IMG/VR virus record: IMGVR_UViG_3300044617_000226 | Span: 1-64,000 of that record | DNA: 64,000 nt | Direction: 5' to 3' (one strand) | Source of the DNA: a virus | In this document: piece by piece, positions 8,729 through 16,900 of the stretch | Layout of the letters: every line of letters begins with the position of its first letter | Numbering within the stretch: the stretch's first letter is position 1 | The notes under the pieces: model-generated | Databases searched by the model: none | Told to the model about the DNA's origin: nothing | The model's input: only the letters and a program-made list of their open reading frames with translations | Program-made: the position numbers and the translations under genes

Positions 8729-8737
8729 AATGTCTCC

Positions 8738-11635
8738 TTAAAATTTTCCGTTAGTATTTGCTTTAGGCGGAATGCCTGCTCTGCTTGTGAGCCAACTAAA
8801 CGCTTTTGCGTTCTTTTTGATACTATCAGGCTTCACATCTATAGTTAGTGCTGTTTTGAAGCGCGGATCATTTTTTTCTTTTTTGCTAGGGATATAACCG
8901 CTTGCTTCTACCACACTTTGTTCTTCTATATGAAATACTCTTCTTGCTTTGTCATCTAAATCACTAGGTTTAATAAGTTTAGCAGGTATTGTTTTTGCCT
9001 GAGACTTTATCGCTTTATGTAATCTATGATTGCCATCAAGTATCCAGTCTATCTGACCTTGCTTATCTAACATAACTAAAATGGGGAACTGGTTAGAGAC
9101 TGTTACTTGATTAATTCTTTCTATTTCTTTTGGGTTCCCGTCCCAATGAAGTAGTTTGCTTTTTAGATTATCGTTTATCGGAAGATCAATTTGGTTGATA
9201 TGTTTGGTTAATTCTAAAATATCCTGTAGTGTAACTTCCTCATCGCCGTCTGACCAACTTGTTTCGGCTCCGCCTTCTGCTACATCTTTCTTTATCTTAC
9301 TTAATTCATATATGACCTTGTCTCCCGCATCAGCACGGAAAGCACGGAAACCCCATGCCCTTGCATAACGCTGAACTAATCTATCATATAATGATGCACG
9401 ACTTTCACTATTCTGTTGTTGTTTTGCCCAGTTATCTTTGCTTGCTGAAAAGATTACTCTGTTAGGCTTGTACTTTTTAATGAATGTTTTTAAAGCACTT
9501 AGTACAGTAGCGAACACTCGTTGTGCGTCACCCTCACCTGTAACTTCTTGACTGTTGTTTCTGTAGAATTCAACATTCCATGCTTCTTCTTTTGTTCCTT
9601 GACTAAACCCCTTATTGAACATAATGCTTAGATAGTTACCATCATCCATTTTAGCATATGCGTCAACATCACCGTAATCACTCTTTTCCCACTTAAGTCT
9701 ATAGGGTTGGTCAAATGCTTCATTAACTTGCTGTTGTGCTTTATACCATTCCATAGCAATATCTGATAATTCTCTTGCGCCGAATGTTCTATAGGATTTT
9801 ATTTTATTTTCCAATTCTTGACTGAATGGTTTACCAATGAATGGTTTGAAATCAGGGCCGGCGGCATATTCCTTGCACTTCTGTCTAACTTTACTGCCAT
9901 CTGGATCATACTTTTGCCATATTCTATTGCTGGTCAATTCCATATCTATTTCGTCAAATAGCCACTGGGCAATACGAGCAGGAGTAACTACTTTTGATTC
10001 TTTACGATTAGCAATTGTCTTATGCTGTTTGATTATTCTTGGATCTAATACAACACCTTGTGTTGGCTCATTGTATGCGATCCAGCCATTGCCAGGATCA
10101 AATACGCTAGTAAAGCCTAATTCACGCAATACTTTATTCCAACGGATGATAGTAGTCTCGTCACCTTTGTTTAGCCTACTCAAACAATCATAGATATACC
10201 AATATGGTGTACCATCATAGTCACCATCTTCGTCTGCTTGTTGCATTATTTCAGGAGGACAATATTTACTCAATGCTTGTTTTAGTTTAGCACTATCAAC
10301 TTTGGTCTGCTGTGTCATTTGATTTGAACGGTCATATTGAAACAACTGAATGTAGGGCATGTTATCACCCCACGGCAAAGGTTTATTTCGTTTGATCTCG
10401 CCCAACGCATAATCTAATGGATAGAAATATATGCCCTTAGGTGTATCTTCGCTAACAGCCGGTTGTGGATTGACACCTAACTTAGGCTGACTAGTCATAC
10501 TGATAGCCCAGTTTTCAGGATCACTGATAGTTTTAGCAATAGATAATAATTCTTTCTTGCCAGACTCTTCTTTGACATTTTGTTCTGGATTACTTCTTGC
10601 TTCACCTACATTGTATGTAGGATCAACTTTCTGACGGGGCATTCCTTTAGGTTGCTTTGGATCAACTGGATCGATATCAGTCGTATCTAATCCTGTCTTC
10701 TTCAATGCTTGAATATATTGGTGTTCTAAATCTTCATCGCCGAATGATAATATCGTGCTGGGAGGCCCTTTACCAAAATCATGTTTGCCTAGACCTTTTA
10801 GATTGCTGATATGCTGACCTAACTTATACCAGTCATAGACATCACTAACATCAACTCTAACTGTGCCGGCGGGCATTGTTGGTGGAAACTCTGGCCCCGG
10901 TGGAGGCCCGTTTGGATCATAATCTTCTAAACTTAATTTCTCGCTACGCAATTCGTTTCGTAGGTCCCATAACTTCTGAATCAATCCTTGCTTACGCAAT
11001 GCCTTGAAGGCTAGATTCTCAGGACCAAACTCGCCGGTCTTTTCTAATCCTGCTTTGCGATATCGTTTTATGACATCTAATACTTTATCTACACGCTTGA
11101 GGCTTCGTGATTTGATCGCTAGTTCTAATAACTCGCCTAACTTCTCGTATTTTGCTTTAGTAGCAGATTGATCAAAGTTCGCTCTGCGCTTGACTGGCAT
11201 CTTGATCCAGTCTTTCTTTAATATACTATACTCACCTAAACTATGGTGTGGCTGATTGCTATCTTGAACATATAGTTCTACCGGGACACCATGTACTTTG
11301 ATATCGTGTGTATCATTGTATATGGTCTTTTTAGCATTGAACAGTTCTTTGTACACTTCGTCATCTGGTAGTTTGCTATGATCTACTAATATATGCAAGT
11401 CTAGATCGCTATGCGGAGTATATGAATATGCCGCATTGCTACCTGATATAGTGATGTCTTCTACTTTGAGGCTGCTTAACCCTAGATATGCCATGAAATC
11501 TTTGGCTATATCCATCAATCTCTCATACACTTCGGGATCTAGTTTACCCTTATCAGTCCATAGGGCAGGATTGAGTTTGTCATGAAACTTAACCGCGTCT
11601 GCTAACTTAAAACTCTCAAGTTCTTTAATGTCCAT
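8738..11635 (-). CDS. 965-aa multi-module protein: N-terminal Pol-beta-type nucleotidyltransferase plus further modules including a ParB/Srx-like one
   Basis: ISGSNAAYSYTPHSDLDLH and VELYVQD (GS...DxD...E); ILDGNHRL (ParB-like); modules separated by (V/L)xE-(A/G/D)-type motifs. Confidence 0.8.
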   Translation of the reverse strand: MDIKELESFKLADAVKFHDKLNPALWTDKGKLDPEVYERLMDIAKDFMAYLGLSSLKVEDITISGSNAAYSYTPHSDLDLHILVDHSKLPDDEVYKELFNAKKTIYNDTHDIKVHGVPVELYVQDSNQPHHSLGEYSILKKDWIKMPVKRRANFDQSATKAKYEKLGELLELAIKSRSLKRVDKVLDVIKRYRKAGLEKTGEFGPENLAFKALRKQGLIQKLWDLRNELRSEKLSLEDYDPNGPPPGPEFPPTMPAGTVRVDVSDVYDWYKLGQHISNLKGLGKHDFGKGPPSTILSFGDEDLEHQYIQALKKTGLDTTDIDPVDPKQPKGMPRQKVDPTYNVGEARSNPEQNVKEESGKKELLSIAKTISDPENWAISMTSQPKLGVNPQPAVSEDTPKGIYFYPLDYALGEIKRNKPLPWGDNMPYIQLFQYDRSNQMTQQTKVDSAKLKQALSKYCPPEIMQQADEDGDYDGTPYWYIYDCLSRLNKGDETTIIRWNKVLRELGFTSVFDPGNGWIAYNEPTQGVVLDPRIIKQHKTIANRKESKVVTPARIAQWLFDEIDMELTSNRIWQKYDPDGSKVRQKCKEYAAGPDFKPFIGKPFSQELENKIKSYRTFGARELSDIAMEWYKAQQQVNEAFDQPYRLKWEKSDYGDVDAYAKMDDGNYLSIMFNKGFSQGTKEEAWNVEFYRNNSQEVTGEGDAQRVFATVLSALKTFIKKYKPNRVIFSASKDNWAKQQQNSESRASLYDRLVQRYARAWGFRAFRADAGDKVIYELSKIKKDVAEGGAETSWSDGDEEVTLQDILELTKHINQIDLPINDNLKSKLLHWDGNPKEIERINQVTVSNQFPILVMLDKQGQIDWILDGNHRLHKAIKSQAKTIPAKLIKPSDLDDKARRVFHIEEQSVVEASGYIPSKKEKNDPRFKTALTIDVKPDSIKKNAKAFSWLTSRAGIPPKANTNGKF

Positions 11636-11640
11636 GCAAG

Positions 11641-11648
11641 TATTTAGT
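11641..11648 (-). promoter_or_regulatory. late promoter-like ACTAAATA
   Basis: Directly after the tmRNA terminator and only 5 nt before the ATG at 11635. Confidence 0.6.
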
Positions 11649-11649
11649 T

Positions 11650-11676
11650 AAAAAGAAAGGCCCCGAAAGGCCTTTC
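11650..11676 (-). terminator. rho-independent terminator of the tmRNA transcript
   Basis: GAAAGGCC-TTTCGG-GGCCTTTC followed by TTTTT. Confidence 0.85.
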
Positions 11677-11837
11677 CCGACTATTGGTTACAAGGTTGTC
11701 AACCCCGGCTTAGCCTCAAGCGGCTAGAGCGTATACGCTATCGTTTGCGTTTACTTTGTTTCGCTCTGATTACGTCAGTCGCCTCTCGGATCGTCCATTC
11801 CGTTACTCTTTGCCCTGTCGAAACCAGGTCCGGCCCA

Positions 11838-11912
11838 TCATAAAAGGACTATTGCAAAAACTAATAAAATCACACCTAGACCAAATAACCATTTTACTAT
11901 TTCGTCATTCAT
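11838..11912 (-). CDS. putative 24-aa membrane micropeptide in the tmRNA intervening segment
   Basis: MNDEIVKWLFGLGVILLVFAIVLL*; SD-like AAGGGA 5 nt upstream; stop 1 nt before the tmRNA coding-piece 5' end. Confidence 0.45.
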   Translation of the reverse strand: MNDEIVKWLFGLGVILLVFAIVLL

Positions 11913-11984
11913 ATAATCCCTTTATGGTGGACCGGGCGGGAATCGAACCCGCGTCCAGAACACTTTTCTCTTCACTTCATACGA

Positions 11985-12329
11985 TCATAATTCTTTACAA
12001 GTTCTTTCCTTGTAAATCTTTCCATCTTCAGTAATAATTTCTTTCCATTCAGTGCAAACTTGTCTCTTTTGTTGTTTATCTTCTTTGTCTTTTGCGTTAG
12101 CATCTGCAATAACCGCACCAAGAATAACACCGCCCACTAGTGGTGCAACCCAATTATCATTGTGACGGTGAATTATAACAGGAACATGATGGCGATGCCC
12201 ATGTAAATAGTGATGTCTATGATGATTATGTGAATGGCCATGATGTGCTCCATGACCTCCATGTGCATAGGTTGAAGTAGATGCTAATGCTAACATAAAT
12301 CCCAAGACAGTTGCTAATAATGTTTTCAT
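11985..12329 (-). CDS. secreted/membrane His-rich protein with glycine-zipper-like segment
   Basis: Signal-peptide-like N-term (STYA-H), His-rich stretch, WVAPLVGGVILGAVIA, C-terminal Cys pair; GGAG RBS. Confidence 0.75.
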   Translation of the reverse strand: MKTLLATVLGFMLALASTSTYAHGGHGAHHGHSHNHHRHHYLHGHRHHVPVIIHRHNDNWVAPLVGGVILGAVIADANAKDKEDKQQKRQVCTEWKEIITEDGKIYKERTCKEL

Positions 12330-12351
12330 GTTTTTCTCCAGAACATAATAT

Positions 12352-12359
12352 TATTTAGA
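12352..12359 (-). promoter_or_regulatory. late promoter-like TCTAAATA
   Basis: Upstream of the His-rich gene and tmRNA. Confidence 0.5.
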
Positions 12360-12390
12360 CTTGAGATTGCTATTGTATATGAATATAAGT

Positions 12391-12558
12391 CGCTTCGGCT
12401 TGGATTCGAACCTTGTCCTAGTCTTGTCGATCTGTACTTCCCACAGTACTGACCGAAGCAGTTTTTTCTGGTTTATCTCTAGTACCTGCAGAGTACCTTG
12501 ATCCTTCAACAACACCATCGCTGTGCGACTAACACTACTCCAGAAGGTCGTGCGGCTG
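12391..12558 (-). ncRNA. putative structured ncRNA with a 3' tRNA-like domain (12459-12391)
   Basis: Non-coding gap after TATAAATA; 8-bp stem GCTTCGGT/GCCGAAGC, hairpin GTACT-GTGGGA-AGTAC, T-loop GGTTCGAATCC; no proper anticodon arm, no encoded CCA. Confidence 0.55.
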
Positions 12559-12563
12559 AATGT

Positions 12564-12571
12564 TATTTATA
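12564..12571 (-). promoter_or_regulatory. T4-type late promoter TATAAATA
   Basis: Perfect consensus immediately after the radical SAM stop codon, upstream of the RNA island. Confidence 0.75.
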
Positions 12572-12573
12572 CT

Positions 12574-13605
12574 TTACACATACAATCCTTCTAACAAACT
12601 AGGATCATCTATTATATTCTGTATCTCTATATTGTTCAAGTTGGGTCTGCATGGCTGACACAACTTAGTATTGATCTTGTTATAGATTTCATGATGTCTG
12701 TCGCTCAACCAATATTTTCTAAAATCATCACCGTGCCATGGGCCCAATTTAAAGTTAGGGTTTCCTCTATTCTCGCAACATAGATAAACAAAGCCATCAG
12801 CACAAAAGACAGGAAACTGAAACATCTGATGACATCTTTTGTAGTTTCGTTCTAGATGCTTAGTCTTGTTCACTTTATAGTTGACCGAATATTTTTTGCT
12901 TATAACTTCAATGTTGTTTAATAATTCATCGGTCAACGCAAACAATTGATCGTTGACGATCACCGGTCTAAAATAGACCATCCTAACCCCTATCTTTTTA
13001 GAAGTCTCAAATATGCTTTCTAGTTCACTAACAGTTGAGTTATGTTCAGTCAACAACACTTTGAAGTCTACCTTCACACCGATCTCTACTAAATTTTTAG
13101 CATTCGTCAATACACGATTGAACAGACTGGTTCTTGTCAAACTTTGCCTTATCAGTTCATATGTCTCTTCATTGCCAGCATCGATATCGATTCCTACCCA
13201 GGCTAGTTGTCGTAGTTTGTTGACACTCACTTTATCTATTAACGCTTCTAATTTGCTACCGTTCGTAGTGATGCTTGCTAAGAAACCCGAATCAATAGTG
13301 TGTTCGATCACTTTTTCATAACCAGGCAATATAGTTGGTTCTCCACCGCCCGGATAACTTATGCTATGTAATGTTCCGTAACTATTAGGTTTATAACTAC
13401 GCCAACTTGCAAGTTGGTCTAACAAAGTTATGTAGTCATTATATTTCTTTTGTACAGGCTCGGCTGCTCTAAAATCAGCACTATTACAATAAAAGCAATT
13501 TTGATTGCAAATGTTAGTGAGATCGATATCCACATGCGCAGGCATTATGGCATGAGTATCTTTGTGCCTCATCCAATGAACGATCTCAGCGTTATTATAT
13601 TTCAT
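12574..13605 (-). CDS. radical SAM protein with C-terminal SPASM/twitch domain
   Basis: CNQNCFYC, GGGEP, TNG; C-term C...DGFVYLCC...CQPC. Confidence 0.92.
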   Translation of the reverse strand: MKYNNAEIVHWMRHKDTHAIMPAHVDIDLTNICNQNCFYCNSADFRAAEPVQKKYNDYITLLDQLASWRSYKPNSYGTLHSISYPGGGEPTILPGYEKVIEHTIDSGFLASITTNGSKLEALIDKVSVNKLRQLAWVGIDIDAGNEETYELIRQSLTRTSLFNRVLTNAKNLVEIGVKVDFKVLLTEHNSTVSELESIFETSKKIGVRMVYFRPVIVNDQLFALTDELLNNIEVISKKYSVNYKVNKTKHLERNYKRCHQMFQFPVFCADGFVYLCCENRGNPNFKLGPWHGDDFRKYWLSDRHHEIYNKINTKLCQPCRPNLNNIEIQNIIDDPSLLEGLYV

Positions 13606-13606
13606 T

Positions 13607-13981
13607 TCATTTTAGTGGTAGTTCGCTTAATCCATTCTCGCGGTCAAGATATTTCATCTCGACCTTAGTTGGCTCAAACTCTTGTATAGCATTAACTACA
13701 TCATATGGATCTAGGTTACCACAAGTGTAAACATCTAGTTGCATTAATGCAGGATCATCCTCATCCCATACATGCAATGCGATATGACTTGTCTCTATGA
13801 TCGCTACGCATGTCAATCCGCGATTACCTTTGACATCAAGATATTTCGCATAGGGCCCCATCATCAACTTCATACCTATCTTTTCAATCAACTCACCCAT
13901 CCAGATTTTAACTGTTGCTTCCGCTTTAGGGGGATTTTTTATCTCAGCACGAACAATAAGATGCTTGTGGAAAACGGCCAT
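13607..13981 (-). CDS. speD: S-adenosylmethionine decarboxylase proenzyme (small prokaryotic type)
   Basis: HKHLIV, GLTCVAIIETSHIALHVWDE (self-cleaving Ser-His), DVYTCG. Confidence 0.85.
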   Translation of the reverse strand: MAVFHKHLIVRAEIKNPPKAEATVKIWMGELIEKIGMKLMMGPYAKYLDVKGNRGLTCVAIIETSHIALHVWDEDDPALMQLDVYTCGNLDPYDVVNAIQEFEPTKVEMKYLDRENGLSELPLK

Positions 13982-13994
13982 TAGTGTAGTTACC

Positions 13995-16900
13995 TCATGT
14001 ATATTTCTTTCTATAATAATCTTGTAGCCAGGACCATTCGTAAGATTTCTTCAATTCTTCGATATCACCACTGACTTCATTGTAGTATTCTACAGCATCC
14101 TTAGCGCCCTGTATACAATTTTCGGCATACATGCCTTCGCCTACTGTAGTCCATATATTTAATCGTTCTGCAGCCATGTCACTATAATCGCTCTTTAACT
14201 TGATCACTTCGCGGAACGCTGTGCGCCATGCGGCATAAGGGTCTGTATTGAAGTTTGCGACTCCTGATAACATATCCACGCTCTCATGCGGATCATCTAA
14301 TGTGAAGTCAAGGCCCATGCCCTTGTTATTCAATGTTAACTTCTTATTGTATGCGATCATCGCTTGATGACCATAAGTAAGACCATTCACAGGATTCTTG
14401 GCTGTAAAGATATAGTGCTTAGGTATCTGCAATCTGTCAGGTTGCCAGTTCCAATCGAACTGTTCATTGACCTTGAGTTTAGCAAACACCGTGAACATCC
14501 ATGGTGTATTGCTTGCTTGAGCCGCGGCATGATATGCAGCCACGCGACCATTCACACCATCTACCCTCACTACCTTGTTGGGTAGATTCTTAGTGATCTT
14601 GACTAGATGTTGATAATTTTCTTCTGCGCACTTCTCACCGTTACTCAAAAACACGATGTCTAATGGCTTTGATCTGGCTACTCGCTTAGACTTAGTTATA
14701 TAAGGATAATCATATAACTCATTATCCACATATAGTTTCGCTTCTTTTGGCAAGGCAAGAATCGTGCCACCTGTGCTTAATATCTCAATATTCTTGGTAT
14801 GATCTGCCCATAAACTCACGGGCTCGTCATAGTTGACGACTATATCACTATTGTCCTTAGTCTTGAATATAGCATAGGGGAAATCATAATCTTGCTTGAC
14901 TGCATTGATATTCGTATCTTCGTCTATCACAAACTCAGGAGCAGGTAGTCTCTTAGGTCTCATATGATTATTATAATTGATCTTATCATAATCTTCTAAG
15001 AGATTCATGTCATCGACCAAACTCTTTAGTTTGTTGACATCGACTAAGAATGTGTCCCCAAACTTCTGCTTATCGCTAGGGAACACATGCAAATTTTCTT
15101 TAGCGAATGGATCGCAGATATATGTCACATCAAAGTTTTTATAGTCACAGACTGAACTACATACCCAGATATAATTCTCTTTATTCGGTTTGACCTTTGC
15201 CAATATGTCTTTGAATGTATCGAGGTAACTCTTTCTATATGGCACTGTGAATACATTCTTTCCTGTGGCTTTAGACAATAACTGTTCTTTAATCTTGTCT
15301 GTCTCACTGTTGCCATGGTCGATCAGATAGATATCGTACAAGCAGTTAGTCGCTTTGGCACTACGGTTCTTGACAAAGTTTAGATTGCTAAGATGCTCTA
15401 TGATCTTGATATACTTGGTATCTTCTGGGAAAGTTTCTTTGTTCAATAGATATGTGGTTCCCCAATGGCTCCACTGAGTGCCAAATATATGAACCATCTT
15501 CATCTGCCAAGGATTAGGATAATACTTGAAATCAAAATTACTATAATCTAATTCGCTGTTGAGTATCCATGCTAACTCAGTGGTGCTTCTATTCAAGCAA
15601 CGGTATATCGTATCTACCCAACTGTTCAGATATCTAGTCTTTTGTATGTTAGGGAATCGTTCTTGTAATCTCTCAAATCTTTCTTTAGATTCAATGTTGC
15701 CGCGATCAATCATAAACATATCAGGTTGTATGAACAACTCAGCAAGATATTCGTTCTCTGCTTTTATGTCGCCAGTAACGAAATTGTACTGCGTGAATCC
15801 TTGCTTATAGAGTTTGCTATTGACGAAATATGTCTGTGTCTCTTTTGCTTCGGGACTACCGAATACATGAACGAATCGTGCTTGTTCGATATTAGGACGC
15901 CAGCTGAAATTGAAACTGCTGTAATTGATGTTCTTATTCAATGCCCAGAACAATTCGTCACTATGTTGATCGATCAAATCTTCTAATGTAGTCTGTATGT
16001 AATATTTAGGAATCTCTACGAACTCGTCATCGTGCTTTTTAGTCACACGCAACAACTTTACAGCCTCTCCATTGTTCTTTTTAGGAACATAGAGAGGGCC
16101 ATCTTCGTCATTCAATAATGTACCGAACTGATAGATGTAAGGTGGGCTACCGGGATTAGGTCTCCAGCTAAAGTCGAAATCTTTAATGTCGATATCTTTA
16201 GGTATCATCCAGTTAGTCATATCGCTAGCGACTTCTGCTATGATGTCGTTGACATATTTTCTTTCTGTAGCACCTTCTACAACATATTCTAATGTTGGTT
16301 CTACTTCAGAACTATTCCACTGATTACCGAACACATAGATATATGGAGGGCTAGTGGGGTCTGGACGCCAACTATAATCAAAGTTTCCCCTAACTTTGAT
16401 CAATTCACGCCACTTACTATAATCAGGTAATACATTTGCTACTTGCGTCATATATTTGCGCTGTGTAGCATTCTTGACATGATATTCTAATGTAGGTTCT
16501 ATCTCAGCATTATTCCATTGATTGCCGAACACATAGATATAAGGATCATCGTGTGGATCAGGTACCCAACTATAGTCAAAACTTGTTCTGTCTACTGGTA
16601 TGATCTCTGTGAATCTGTCATAGTTTTGCGCTAATGATGCTTTGAGAGTGTTATCATACTTGTAGTCCGTACCACCGCTGACTCTATACAATACTGTAGG
16701 CATTTTTTCTGCTGGATACTGCGTGTTGCCGAAAGCATAGATATATGGATCTTCTTTAGGATTAGGTCTCCAACTAAAATCAAAACTCTCTTCTACGATA
16801 GGATGTAGTATCTTAAAGTTTTTCTTGTCAGGTAACACATGTGCTATGATGTCTTCTACATATTTGTATTCTGTAGCACCCGGCACGACATATTCTAATG

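Larger units (their letters stand above)
11650..11986 (-). ncRNA. ssrA: circularly permuted two-piece tmRNA
   Basis: Acceptor piece comes first (~11986-11925, ending GGACGCGGGTTCGATTCCCGCCCGGTCCACCA), then an 88-nt intervening segment, then the coding piece starting GGGCCGGACCTGGTTTCGAC at 11836. Acceptor stem GGGCCGG/CCGGTCC has the G3-U pair. Tag frame 11748-11716 reads ANDSVYALAA*. Confidence 0.93.

Noticed and set aside
10927-11635. CBASS CD-NTase or type IV toxin
   Set aside because: Only the generic Pol-beta GS/DxD motif is visible, with no effector, Cap or antitoxin neighbours; cannot be assigned without a search.
11925-11960. Standalone tRNA-Ala (T-arm plus CCA)
   Set aside because: Its pairing partner GGGCCGG lies downstream at 11836 and leads to a tag frame, so it is the tmRNA acceptor piece.
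12391-12459. Selenocysteine or other functional tRNA (8-bp acceptor stem, G discriminator)
   Set aside because: No anticodon stem-loop or UCA anticodon, no long variable arm, only 2 canonical T-stem pairs; kept as tRNA-like ncRNA.
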